Shown here: positions 31,892-44,127 of the stretch, piece after piece
Numbering within the stretch: position 1 is the first letter of the stretch
Layout of the letters: every line of letters starts with the position of its first letter
Source: Histomonas meleagridis 2922-C6/04-290x
Lineage: Eukaryota > Protista > Parabasalia
Assembly: GCA_020184695.1 (NCBI GenBank)
Contig: JAANOX010000034.1
Location: 124,001-188,000 of the forward strand
Reading direction: 5' to 3'
DNA: 64,000 nt
Translations under genes and position numbers: made by a program
Notes under the pieces: generated by a model
Told to the model about the DNA's origin: nothing
The model's input: the letters and a program-made list of their open reading frames with translations, nothing else
Databases searched by the model: none

Positions 31892-32600
31892 ACTCGTTTG
31901 ATAAGTAAAAACTTATCTTAATATTATCAATTTGTAATGAATATTCATCGCTATAACTTTCAATGACTGTTGTAAATATTGATAATTGAAAGAACATTGC
32001 TTAAAGTAACGATTTCTCACAAGTTTTCGTTTTCTTGAATCTGCTCTTACACGATTTTTTGTCAGTTTCTACTTGAACTATTGCCTAAAACAGAAGAAGA
32101 ATTTCGTTATCATTCAATTCATCTTGACTATCTTACATCGTTCGTCACTCTCCTTCCTGAGCAAATTCTAACATATTATTGATGAAATAAAATCATTACA
32201 AGAGGCGAATTTGCTACGGAAATATATATTATCACCTTATAAGGTGATCATGAAAGTAATGAAGAAAATGCAAAGAAAATTAAAGATAATGAGAAATATA
32301 TTGAAGAAAGCGCCTGGTGAAATACTCCTTAAAAGTTACGTATAAATCCAGGTGCCCAACGCTAAAGAGACATATTTCACGAAATTAAGGGGAAAAGAGG
32401 AAGATGATTATTGGTAAATGTTCGAAGGTCCGATACTCAAGTGCACATCCAAGGATAAGGGCATTGTAAACAAATTCTTTTCGAAGTAAATTGAATTATC
32501 TGAGCATTATGATTAAAACTATAAAATGATTTTGTTTCAAATTTAGTAAAACTAAGGAATATGAATACAAATTCTTATCAAGCAGATGTTAATAAGCGAC

Positions 32601-32903
32601 TTAACATTCATGTAAATCGATATTGAAAAGAATTCGAGTGAATATTTCAAAAATATCACATATATATTGTTTGTTATTATTTTCTTTAGATTTAACAAAT
32701 CGAAGAAATTCAATACATAGATCAGTTTCTTTAGGATTACTTAAAAAAAATGAATAAATTAATTGACAAACGATTAAATTATAAGAATATTGAACATTTG
32801 GATCATACATTTTCATTAATGATTCAACAACTTCTATGATGTTATCATTTTTTAAACAATAAATATTTTGTTCTATATCTTTTAAATAATTAAGACCTGT
32901 CAT
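32601..32903 (-). pseudogene. Short truncated ORF (100 aa), possibly the N-terminus of a trichomonad ankyrin/DUF3447-type gene
   Basis: ATG with AAAGTGAC upstream; early stop; family guess is from composition only. Confidence 0.35.
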
Positions 32904-33570
32904 TTTATTTTTTAAATTTTTGTTTTAATCTGTCACTTTTCGACTTTTTGAGTATGTTACTGAAAAGTGGTTCTTTGTTTTCACCATATTCAAATCATAA
33001 AGTAAATTCAGAATACAAAAACAATTAAACAAAATTCCAAAACGAACATAAAATAAATCTAATTGACATATTCACAATATTTCATTAACATTAATAATAT
33101 ATTGATGTTTATTATATATAAATACTTAACATATTGATTATGATTTGGTCTATCTTTAAACTGATGCCCATTATTTGTTTCATATTTTCGTATATGGATC
33201 CTGATTAAAATTAAAGTTTAAAATAATTTTTTTTGTTATTCAATATAAAGTAATTAGAGATTAACTAATAGAGAAAACATAATGTACAAATATAATGATA
33301 CTTAATAGGAATATATATAGTTTCGTCAATATGAAGTAAATAAGAAATGGCACAAAGTGAAATTATAAATTATTCAAAATATATAATAATAATATAGATC
33401 AAAATTCAAAAATTGAACCATTAAAATTATTATTTGAAAAAAAATTGTTTTTTATTAAGATTTCATAACATATTATTAATTATTTCAAAATTGTAATAAT
33501 TATTATTATGTCTATATTTGTGGAAAACGCACTTTTAATTTTATATAAAATATTTATTCGACATTTTTAT

Positions 33571-35602
33571 TTAAATTGAAACATCAACTTCAACATTTTT
33601 ATATGATTTTTTCCTTATAATTATAATAACTACCACAACTACAACTATAACAAATAACACACATGCCACAATAATCCCAGCCAGAGCACCATCAGATAAT
33701 TTACCATTGTTACTTTTGTTACTATTACTTCTTCTGGTCCAATTATATAAATAATTTCTTGAGATAAATTAATCTCATCGCCAGACTTCATAATAGGTAA
33801 ATCATTTCCGAAATGACCAAAACATTCTGAAACTTCACCAACAATTTTTATATTTCTTTTGTAAACATCATCATTTGGTATCCAGAATGCAAATCCGTTT
33901 TTCCCGTCAGGTCTTTTCCAAATTAACTTTAAATGTTCTTCTTCCATATAATCAATGTTTTTATAATCAATTGAACCTGAAGGTTTTGCACGTGTTAATG
34001 CTTTTAATCCATAATATGCAGGTTTTGGATCCAAATTTCGATGCACAATTCCAAAGAAGCTTTCTGGATCATCTTCATCTGTTTCTGTTGCCCTAAACTC
34101 ATAATTAAAGAATTTCTCAACACCAAATCTTGATGCAAGTAAATAATTTTTGTGGAACATATATTCCTTGTTCCCTTTCAGTTCCAACTTTATTACCATT
34201 ATTCGTAGTAAATGTAAGAGAACTAATAATAACACTTCCTTTTAGATCAGAATCATAATCATATATAAGTACTGCAGGTTCTTTAAAGTGCATTGTTTCA
34301 TTAATACCATATAAAATTGGAATCATTCGGTCATTAGGTTTATCAAGTAATGTATCATTGAAAAAAATCGTGTTCCAACTTTAGTTGAAAGATTAAATGT
34401 TCGAAGTTCATTCGGTACTTCAGATGAATATTCAAGAATACCTTGTGGTGGAACAATCGTAGGATATCCCCAACTTGAAATGAAATTAATTTTTTTAACT
34501 TCCTTCGTGCTTCTGTTTCAACATTATAATATAATGGAACACCTTGAAGAAAAACAAGTTTCCCGCCATTCTTAACAAAGGAATATGTTGCATTAAATGC
34601 AATTTGTGTATAATATTCTGATGGAGGTACTATTACCATATCAAAGTCTTCTTCTAAAGTATGGTTTTGGATAAAATAATAATCAAAATCAATGTTCTTA
34701 ATTTCAAAATCTGAAAATTCGGTACCATTAAGTGCTTCTGAAAGAATTGAGCGAAGTGGAGTTACACAAAGACTAGATCCACCTGTGAAGTTAATGCCAT
34801 GAAGATATCCAATCCTTTTTATCTTTTTGTAATTGGTTGTTTTCGGAAGCATGGAAAAAATTGTCTTGAACAACCATCTTGGATAATCAAAACCTTTATA
34901 GTGAGTGGAATAACCCATTTCTGTGATCCAAATAGGAAAATCTCTTTTTTCTTTACTTTTTTCTTTGGCAAGATTTACAAAAGATTCAATATCTTTCTTG
35001 AAATATTCAACCATGGTGAAATTGTGAAGGCCAGCACGATATGGATGAATATTTATTATGTCGAAAGGAAGATTACCATCTTTAAACTCATTTAATGTTT
35101 CATTGAAAAAAATTATTGGAGCACCTGCAAGTCCTCCAAAGACAACTTGGAGTGAAGAATTAATTTCCTTAATAGCTTTATATGACTCTTTTAAAAGTAA
35201 AGCATAACCAGCTGGATCAGGTGTACCACCCCAGAACCCTGCTATATTTGGTTCATTTAAAATTTCCCAATACTTAAGTTCTGATTGGTAGCGACTTACA
35301 ATCATGCGCGTTCGATCAATAGCTTCCTCTAGATAATTTATTGGTGGTCGATTTTCATAAGTTATAATTGGCAATACATTAAGTGAGTGATTACGAACTG
35401 GACCCATGACAAACTCAAATCCATCTATGTTATATATGTATCGATACCAATCAAAATCAGTTCTTATCCATTGAATTCCAGCATCTTTGATTCTGTCAAG
35501 AATCGTATTGTTTTCTAGGTATTCATCTCTGCTAATATGAGCAGCAACACCGTATGGTGATTCTAAATTTGTTACATGGATTGGAAGAAAAAACAAGAAC
35601 AT
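33571..35602 (-). CDS. Clan GH-A glycoside hydrolase (GH39/GH5-like), copy A; frameshifted in the 3' half and lacking the stalk
   Basis: Signal peptide, WIRTDFDW, WEILNEPN (acid/base), NIHPY, PIWITEMGY (nucleophile), FGIVHRNLDPKPAY. Homopolymer frameshifts and a 115-nt deletion relative to copy B. Confidence 0.8.
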
Positions 35603-35714
35603 TAAATTCAATAAACATTCAAATGTTACAGTCGCAGATTTGAGAGAAGTTACTAATTTAAATACTTTACAAAAATAAATTAAAGAATTTCCTGAATCAA
35701 AAAATGTAAAATAT

Positions 35715-38698
35715 TTATTGATCAAGTTCGAGAGATAAATCTTCATGTTCTTTGGAATATAACTCAAGCCTGTCAATAACAGGTATAGATTGAAGGAATG
35801 AGTCAAAATTTGTTGTGGTTGAAAATGATGTATCAACACTTGATGTACTTTTTCTCTTCTTGCAAAAATTTTGAAGTTTTTAAACCTAACTGTGTTATCA
35901 AATGACACTCGTGGAATATCATTTCTTTTTGTTGCGAAGCATTCCTAAATCAACTGTATTTGATAATATCTTTTTATCTAAACTATCATTTAAAGAAACA
36001 ATTTGATTTTGTTGTTTATTATGATCAATTGATAAAATTGGAAATGATTCTTTATCATTTGTATTTGATTCATTTATAACAACAAAAAGGAATTAATGAA
36101 TACGAAGAAGATGAAGAATTTGATTTAATTTCGGTGTTATTATTTGCTTGTATCTTATTTGATGTTGTTGACGAAGAAGGATTATTTTGGTTAATGGATA
36201 CAGATAACAACACTTCATCATTTGTCTTATTTTTACCTTTCGATATTGATGGTGAATCATTATCAGATTGTTTTGCATTAGAATATTCTGAATTTTTATA
36301 TGATGACTCGATGGTTTCTATATCATCAAAACTGAATGTAAATGAATTTGACTGTTTTTGCAATGTGTTATCTTTGAGTAAAGAATTTGTTTTTAATGGA
36401 CGTTCTTCTTTCATTTGTGAATTATTTGTTTTATCTTCGCTTTTATTGATAATATTTTGTTGTTTTGATTTACTTTCATGATTATGATATGAAAATGGTT
36501 CAATGCTTTCTATTTCATGGAAACTAATTATTTTTTGGTTTGAATAATTTTTCATGTTTACTATCACTAAGTGTACTAATTTCCTGTGTTGAATCAGATG
36601 CTTTATTATTATGTAATTTTTTTTTTTGGTTTTCTGACTTAAGGTTTTCGATTTCATTGATATCAATTGTTTCTTGTTTTATATAAGAATTGTGTTTATT
36701 TTCGATGCTTTTCTGTTTTGTTTTATATTCATTAGATTTTTTATTGATTGATTGAATACTTATTTTATTTAGACTGACTGCTTCATTATTCATTCGAAAA
36801 TTATATTGTTTTGCATTATCTCCACTTTTATTAATGAAATTTTGTCGCTTTAATTTTGAACTATTTTTACTTATGTAGGATTTGCTAAATGATGGTTCGA
36901 TAATTTCGATTTCATCAAGACTTTTTACTTCTGTTTTTAAATGTGATTTGGTTTGTTTTGTTTCGTCTTCGCTTTGCTGTATTGACTTACGTTCTTTACT
37001 AAGATGTGAATTAGATTTTTTAAATGATGAATAAATGTTTTCTATTTCATTGATATTAATTGTATCTTGATTTGAATCGATTTTGTTTTGTTGCTCTGAA
37101 TTAGATACTTTTCTATTATGCAAATATGATTTTTCATATGAAGGTTCTATAATTTCTATTTCATTAAGATTTAATTGTGAGTCAATACGCTTTGTTTTAT
37201 CTTTACTTTTTCGATCAATTTTATGTTTTTCTGCTTGATGTTTTTTGGAATGATCATTATTTATTTTGGAGGAACGATTTCTGCTTTTATTAATCAAAAT
37301 GTAACTTGAATTTTCCAATGGTTTGTTCTTATTAATTTCTATTTTTTCTTCTTTATTTATATTATTTACTGAATTAAATTGAGTTTCTTCATGTTTGATT
37401 TTATCACTGTTATTAGTATTTAATTGCTTATCATTATCTTTTATTTTCATAGTATTCTGTTTGAATGATTTATTATTTAAATCATTTTGTTTTTCATTAT
37501 CTTTTGGGTTATATCTGGAATCGTATATAATTACATTAGATGGAATATTATTTGTGTTAGCATTGTTATTGATAATATATTGTCTTCTTTTTGTTGAAAT
37601 CTTTTTATTCTTTTTTTCTATTTTAGTTTGTGATGTTTTCTTTTTTATTTCATTTATTTTTCTATGTTCATTAATTTCTGGTCCAATTGATGTTATCTTT
37701 TGTACTAATTTCTTTTGCTTTTTTGAACTTTCAACAACATAAAATTTATCTTCTTTTTCCACATTTTCATTAATTGTTTTAATGTTATTTGTTTGTGACT
37801 CAGTATCAACATGTTCCTTCTTTAAAATTTCTTCATTTTTACTTGGAAAAATTGGTTTAAAGTGTTCTGGCGTTTGATCATTTTTCTTTTCTTCATTAGG
37901 TATAAAAGTTTCTTTATTTTTTCCTGAAACATATGAAATTTCTTCCATTAATAAATTAATTTTCCCAAGGTTATAATTACATTGTTGATTTATTTCATTA
38001 TCAATAAGTTTCGTATTTGGAGAATTAAAAGAATATGAATTAAATAAATCAGCTGCAAAACATAACATGCATAAACGGTCGTTAATTTCATTTGTATTTG
38101 GAACACGAATTCCAAGTACAAATAAAGCAACTTCTAATTCTTTCCAATTCTTTAATATATCATATGCGCTAAGGTTTTTCCCAAATGATATTCTTTGTAA
38201 ACGAACAAGTTCTGGCCGAATTTTATTAAGAATTATAGAAACTATAACTCCGCTCCCAAAATCAGAGAGAAAATCATTTGGATAATAGTTATTGGAATTA
38301 AAGCAGATGCGTTGTGACCATTGAAGAAATGCAGATTCATATGAAGAAAGATCTTTTCCATAAATATTAAATGAAATTAGTGATGGTGATGCATTATATC
38401 TTAAATAAAAAGTTAATATACATTTGGCTAGTCGATCATGTGCATTTGTAAGTTGTGTGGAATTTAACTCATTAGCAGAAAAATCAATTATTGGAACATA
38501 TGTTGCCAAATATGATCGAATTTTATTAAAATCAGAATTAATAAAATTAAACCTTTCATCTATACAAGAAATTGTAAGTGAATATAAGTATGGTTTACAA
38601 AATGGTTCATTTCCAGGTTGAGCCAGTTGTAATTTATATTTTGAAAGTTCAGAAAATAAGTTAACACTAGTAGTTTTAACATCTTTTTTCTTTGACAT
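35715..38698 (-). CDS. Calponin-homology (CAMSAP/ASPM-like CH) domain protein with long low-complexity tail; frameshifts in the duplicated 3' half
   Basis: FLQWSQ..DFLSDFGSGVIVSIILNKIRPEL..DILKNWKEL CH pattern. The 3' half is frame-intact in copy B (49410-50545). Confidence 0.6.
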
Positions 38699-39220
38699 AA
38701 AAATTCTATAATTATGAAGTAAGAAAGAGCGAATCCATTCGATATGCACATGTTGCATCCGAATTAAAAAACGTTCATAATAAAAAGTGACAGCTAAAAA
38801 AATAGAACTATTACAAAAATCATTAATCTAATTAAAATTTATTAAAAAACAGATTGCTGCATATTAGAATAGGATCGCTTTTGAAAAAGTTACTTTTAGA
38901 GGAAAGAAATTCTATTTTAAAAGTTTTCTGATTGAACCATTTTGAAATTTAAAATCCATTTTCCAAAAGCATAGAATTAGTGCATGCAATAAGTTTTAAA
39001 ACACTAATTTTAAATCAGTTTAATTAAATTTAAGTGTACCCTTCATCTTCTTAACCACTTATACCTTGTATTAATTCATAAAAAGAAATTGTTATTAATA
39101 CTGGAAGTATTATTCATGTAAATTGAAGGTTATTTGATTATTCACTTATATTAATATTTTTATAAATTAACATGAATGTAGTTTATATTTATTATAATAA
39201 GGCAATAAAACATTAAATTT

Positions 39221-39900
39221 TTATATAAAATTGTTTTCTTGAAAATCTTTAGCAAAAGGATCTTCTTCAATATAACATAAATTAAAAACATTTTCTGTTG
39301 TAATATCATTGTTATTGATTCCATTTTCATTTTCTTGACAACTTGATATACTATTACGTTTTTGTTGACGATGACGAATTAAAAAGATAATAAGAAGTGA
39401 AATAATTAAAATAATTATAACACAAACAATTACAATAACAATAATAAGAATTTCTTGTGATTCTTTGTCTTTTTCTTCATTATTAAGAATTGTTTAAAAA
39501 GCAGAATAATATGTAATATATGATGAATATTCAAGAACGATATAATCATAATAAACAAATTTCGTTTCAATATAAGAATAAAATGATTTAAACATCGAAA
39601 GAGTAATAGTATTTGTGAAAATAGTTTTGGAAACAACTGTTTGTGTAATTGTTTGTGCAAAAATTAACGTTTGAATATATGTTCCACCAAATTGTAATGA
39701 TTCTGTAAATGTATTTGATTTAGTATATGTATCTGAATTAGTAAGGGTGTTTGATTTAGTAAATGTATTCGATTTGGTAAGAGTATTTAATTTAGTAAGA
39801 GTATTCGAATTAGTAAATGTATTTGGCCTCGTAAATGTACTTGATTGTGAAAATGTATTCGTTTGCCAGGGATACTGAGAACATTCTTCAACTGGTGCAC
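39221..39900 (-). pseudogene. C-terminal remnant of a trichomonad surface protein (FTxSxxFT stalk, TM helix, EEDPFAKDFQE tail)
   Basis: SSTFTRPNTFTNSNTLTKLNTLTKSNTFTKSN repeats, a hydrophobic run, basic RRHQQKR and an acidic tail; frameshifted; no 5' part. Confidence 0.7.
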
Positions 39901-40121
39901 CTTATGATACACTAAATGTTTCTATTTGAAGGATTTTGAAATAAATCTGATGTCATAACATATTTAGATATTTACAAATTTATTAAAACATAATTCTTAA
40001 AGAATGTTCTTTACGTAAAAAGTGATAAATCTCTCATATGAAACACATTTCTTTCACACAAAACGCATTGAATTGGCATCAAATCGCGAAAATTCAAATT
40101 TTTCCAAAAATTAATTGTTTT

Positions 40122-42320
40122 TTACTGTTCTTCAGGGATACCTATTCCGTCGATACTCTTTTGGAAGTGCATTAACGCCGACTTTATCATTGTGAAAGTG
40201 TATTCGATATTCTCAGGCATCAGCCTCAGCTGGTCGTCCTGCTCGCTGCTGCTTGGCTTTACGAAGTGGTCGATGTAAGCGATTGTCGACGGCAGCTGCT
40301 CAGGCTCTGCCTGCACGAGCAGCAGTATTGCCATTGGCAGCCACTGGTCAGCTCCGACCTCCTTATGTCCCTCGAAAGTGAGCACGAACACCAATGAATT
40401 CAATGCGTCGCTAAAGTATTGCAACTTCAACAATGGCAACGGCGCGTCGAAAGCTTGTTGCAGTTGTTTCTTTGCAGTGTCCAATAGCTTTGGGTTTTGT
40501 TGGAAAGTTTCTGTGAAGTCGAAAGTGTTTTGTTCTAACAACTGATCCTTTTGGTTATGAATCCCATCATGACAGAGAGTGTCTTTTGTTACGAACTCAG
40601 GATTAACAGTTAAGAACCTCGACAATGGTAATTGTGTCATTACGATGTTGTGAAGGATCTCGACTTTCGTCGCATGTTGATATTGTTGGCTTGCGCACCA
40701 TTCTTTGAAATTGTCGACAATGCCGCGGAAGAATGTCCTAAATTTGGGATCACTTATCTTGCATAAGTCATCATCGCATTGTATTGGTGATTCGGATGTC
40801 CATTTCTCAACAAGATAAAGGCGTAATACATCACGATATTCATCAATTGATTTCTTGATTGTCTTTGTAAGTTGTTCCATTTGGGTATATTCGGAGTTAT
40901 ACAATGAGATCTTGGATAACTTTTCTAAGCGTTGTGGTTGACGTTCTTTAAATTTTTCCTTAAGGAGCTCTAAGAATTGTTGGAAATTCATTCGATTTTG
41001 TCGATTGTTATGTGATGCCTCGAAATCATCAATCTTCATCTCTAATAATAATCGGTTATCTGGGCGTGCTAATTGTACTTGTGACTTAAGAAGCTCAATC
41101 ATATTAGGCTTGTCATTAGATTGGGCGGGTATCGGTATCACGTCGACGCCCGTTAACATCTCACGAAGTTGGTATTCAATCTCATCGTCTTCTGATCGGC
41201 GCTCTTCGGGTTGACCGTTATGCTGATTTTCCTGGACGATAGGAATTGAGAATGGGAAAACTTGATAAACAGGTGAACTATCGGGTTGATTAGATTGGGT
41301 TATCTCAGTAAAGTTGGGATCTATCTTTTTGGCACTTTTAGAGAGAAGTCCTAATAAATGAAGATCTTCATTCGAAAAGAGTGCTGTCTTGCCAAGATCT
41401 GGAAGAATATCGGAAAGACGCTTAGATGAGAAGAGTTGGGAAGAGTTTTGGGAGCTTGCGATGATATCCCATAATTCTGATGATTTCGCAAGAACAGCAG
41501 TTTTGATGAAGCCCATGGCTTCGGGATTAATAGTAAATGATAGAGGAACAATGCCAAAACTACGTGGAGAGTTAAAGGCAGGCTCAAGGAATGAATCAAT
41601 AAGACATTTGTCAGGTTGGTCAGAAAGGGATATAATTCGTTTGACAATGCCAGGACAGAACTGTGAATGTTCGTTCCACTTCTTAAGGAATTCAACGGCA
41701 AATTCATCGGCTTTGGCTTGATCTGTCACATTCTGAATGGAATTAACAAGATCGGCCATAACAGCATCGAAAAATTGGCGGAATGGAGGTACGGCAAAGA
41801 TTACGCGGATGAATTGTGGTGTTTTATCTGGAGATACTTTAAATAATTCTTCAATGAATTTGGCATATTTTTCCCCAGATTCTGAGCTCCAAAGATACCC
41901 AAATAATCCAGGAATTGTTGAGTATGTGAGTTGATCAATTTCTTGGGAGATTTCAGAACTTTGAAGAAGATCAGCTAAAGCCCGAGCTAAAAGTTCATTA
42001 TTATCAAGGAAGCTTGATATGACACGATTGTAGGCATTAGATGATGCAGTACCTTGATTTGTAAGGCGTTTTTCATCATCTTTTAATAAAGAATCAAAAA
42101 ATGTAGCTTGGAGATTAATTGCCTTGTCGCCCATGGAACACATGTGAAGATATAATAAGAGTTTTTGTAAGGAAAAAACACGTTGTGATTCTGTTCGAAG
42201 ATTTGTATTTAATTCTTGGATTTCAGTTTGCTGGAACTCATTGAAAATTTCCTCTCTCTTCAAGAGAAGCTGAACATGCCTGAGTTCATCCATAAGGTTT
42301 CTTTCTCCTTGTTCTGTCAT
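40122..42320 (-). CDS. VPS9-domain Rab5 GEF (GAPVD1-like architecture)
   Basis: APLPLLKLQYF..VGADQWLPMAILLLVQAEP..YTFTMIKSAL VPS9 motifs; N-terminal TIPGLFGYLW. First ATG is 42320. Confidence 0.85.
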   Translation of the reverse strand: MTEQGERNLMDELRHVQLLLKREEIFNEFQQTEIQELNTNLRTESQRVFSLQKLLLYLHMCSMGDKAINLQATFFDSLLKDDEKRLTNQGTASSNAYNRVISSFLDNNELLARALADLLQSSEISQEIDQLTYSTIPGLFGYLWSSESGEKYAKFIEELFKVSPDKTPQFIRVIFAVPPFRQFFDAVMADLVNSIQNVTDQAKADEFAVEFLKKWNEHSQFCPGIVKRIISLSDQPDKCLIDSFLEPAFNSPRSFGIVPLSFTINPEAMGFIKTAVLAKSSELWDIIASSQNSSQLFSSKRLSDILPDLGKTALFSNEDLHLLGLLSKSAKKIDPNFTEITQSNQPDSSPVYQVFPFSIPIVQENQHNGQPEERRSEDDEIEYQLREMLTGVDVIPIPAQSNDKPNMIELLKSQVQLARPDNRLLLEMKIDDFEASHNNRQNRMNFQQFLELLKEKFKERQPQRLEKLSKISLYNSEYTQMEQLTKTIKKSIDEYRDVLRLYLVEKWTSESPIQCDDDLCKISDPKFRTFFRGIVDNFKEWCASQQYQHATKVEILHNIVMTQLPLSRFLTVNPEFVTKDTLCHDGIHNQKDQLLEQNTFDFTETFQQNPKLLDTAKKQLQQAFDAPLPLLKLQYFSDALNSLVFVLTFEGHKEVGADQWLPMAILLLVQAEPEQLPSTIAYIDHFVKPSSSEQDDQLRLMPENIEYTFTMIKSALMHFQKSIDGIGIPEEQ

Positions 42321-42887
42321 TAGTTGTTGCACTTTTTCGTTGGTTTCAAAACCGCTTTTTTGAAAGGTTAATTGGCTGACAGTGGGCAATTTTTGCCTGT
42401 TTTAGTATCAGTAAAAATCTCAAGCATAGGATAAATTTAGTGAGATAATTCCGAGTCATTATGAACCAATTTATATTATAATTTAAAGATTATTCCATAA
42501 TTTTTGCAAAAAATTGGGATTTTGAGATTTTTATATCAATAATATTGCATAGTGAAATTATATGAAAATTATGCGTTATTGAACTTAAATTCATGATTTG
42601 TTGTGAAGGCAAAATGGATATAAAATATAGTTCTTATCATCATCCTTATATAATAGCTTGAAAATATTTCAATTTCAATACAAGTGCTGTGTTATTTATA
42701 TTTGTTATTAATTAATTAAGTTTGGCATGAAATTAATTAAAAAATATGAAATTTAAGTTAAATTTTTATGAAGATTTCAATGTATGTATGCAACGCATAT
42801 TAAGGTGTGATTTTTACATTTTTTTTATAACAATAATACTAATTTCAATAGAGGTTATTTTATTTTTTATGGTGGTTTATAAGTAAT

Positions 42888-44102
42888 ATGCAATTCCCAA
42901 TGGAAAGTTCTCAATATGAATTAATTAACTTAATAGGAAGAGGTGCAACCTCAGAGGTTTATTTAGCAAAATGTAAAATGAATGATCAAATATTAGCAAT
43001 AAAAATTATTGATCTTGATGTATGTCCAATTGAAATTGATCAATTAAGGAGTGAAATATCATTTTGGTCTACATGCAATCATCCAAATGTTGTTAAATAT
43101 ATTGGTTCTTTTATTGAGAAATCATTACTTTATATTTTAATGGAATATATGAATGGAGGATCTATTTTCGAAATTTTAAGGTTTAATTCTCATCAAGGAT
43201 TCCAGAATGAATCTTATATTGCTACATTTTTACAAGAAATAATAAAACCATTAGCATATTTTCATGATAAAAAAAGAATTCATAGAGATATAAAAGCTGG
43301 TAATATTTTATTTAATGATTCAGGAGAAATTAAATTAGCTGATTTTGGAATTGCTACTGATCTTCATGAAGCTGGGAAAATGAAAGAAGCAAGATATACT
43401 GTAGTTGGAACACCATGTTACATGGCTCCAGAAGTTATAGATGGGATAAATGGATATACTGAGAAGGCAGATATATGGAGTCTTGGGATAACAGCGATTG
43501 AAATAGCAACAGGTGAAGCTCCATTTTCTAAGCTATATCCATTAGAAGTTGCAATAAAAATATCAAATGAACCTCCACCAACATTACCTGAAGACAAAAA
43601 CTTTTCATCTACATTTAATGACTTTGTAAAACAGTGTTTACAAAAGGATCCATCTAAAAGACCAACAGCTAAAGAATTATTAAATCATAGATTTCTTAAA
43701 CAAGCAATTCCAACAACCGAATTATCAACTTTTCTTTTTAAAGATTTACCACTATTAGAACAAAGATATAAAATATGTCATAATATTAATGCAAAACACA
43801 AAATCGATAATAATTCATTAAAAAAAGCAGAATGGAATTTTGAAAAACAAGAAATTACTTCATCTTCAACTGAAGATGAATCAGCCTTCAATGGAGAAAT
43901 CATTAAAAGAGGAAAATTTACGATCAGGAAAAGTAACATAGAAGGAAATCCTTCGAGTTCATTTGAAGAAAAACTTAATTCTATCGATGCTCGAATTCAA
44001 GATTTACAAGCTCGTATCACAGAACTTAAGGACACCACCAAAAAACTTATAAATCAAATACAAGAACTTTCAACTTCCATTTCATCACATTTAATAAAAT
44101 AA
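42888..44102 (+). CDS. STE20-family kinase (OSR1/SPAK/Fray-like)
   Basis: IGRGATSEV, AIKIIDLD, HRDIKAGNIL, DFG, GTPCYMAPEV; C-terminal coiled coil. Confidence 0.92.
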   Translation: MQFPMESSQYELINLIGRGATSEVYLAKCKMNDQILAIKIIDLDVCPIEIDQLRSEISFWSTCNHPNVVKYIGSFIEKSLLYILMEYMNGGSIFEILRFNSHQGFQNESYIATFLQEIIKPLAYFHDKKRIHRDIKAGNILFNDSGEIKLADFGIATDLHEAGKMKEARYTVVGTPCYMAPEVIDGINGYTEKADIWSLGITAIEIATGEAPFSKLYPLEVAIKISNEPPPTLPEDKNFSSTFNDFVKQCLQKDPSKRPTAKELLNHRFLKQAIPTTELSTFLFKDLPLLEQRYKICHNINAKHKIDNNSLKKAEWNFEKQEITSSSTEDESAFNGEIIKRGKFTIRKSNIEGNPSSSFEEKLNSIDARIQDLQARITELKDTTKKLINQIQELSTSISSHLIK

Positions 44103-44127
44103 AATCAATATAAACTTTAAAAATCTT

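Larger units (their letters stand above)
31976..36855 (-). repeat. Inverted duplication, copy A (ancestral locus)
   Basis: Reverse complement matches 49410-53483. Segment 32040-32964 is absent from copy B, with TTCA microhomology at the junction. Confidence 0.92.

Noticed and set aside
32040-32964. 925-bp segment as a transposon with a TTCA target-site duplication
   Set aside because: No terminal inverted repeats, and a reading-frame relic crosses the junction, so a microhomology deletion in copy B fits better.
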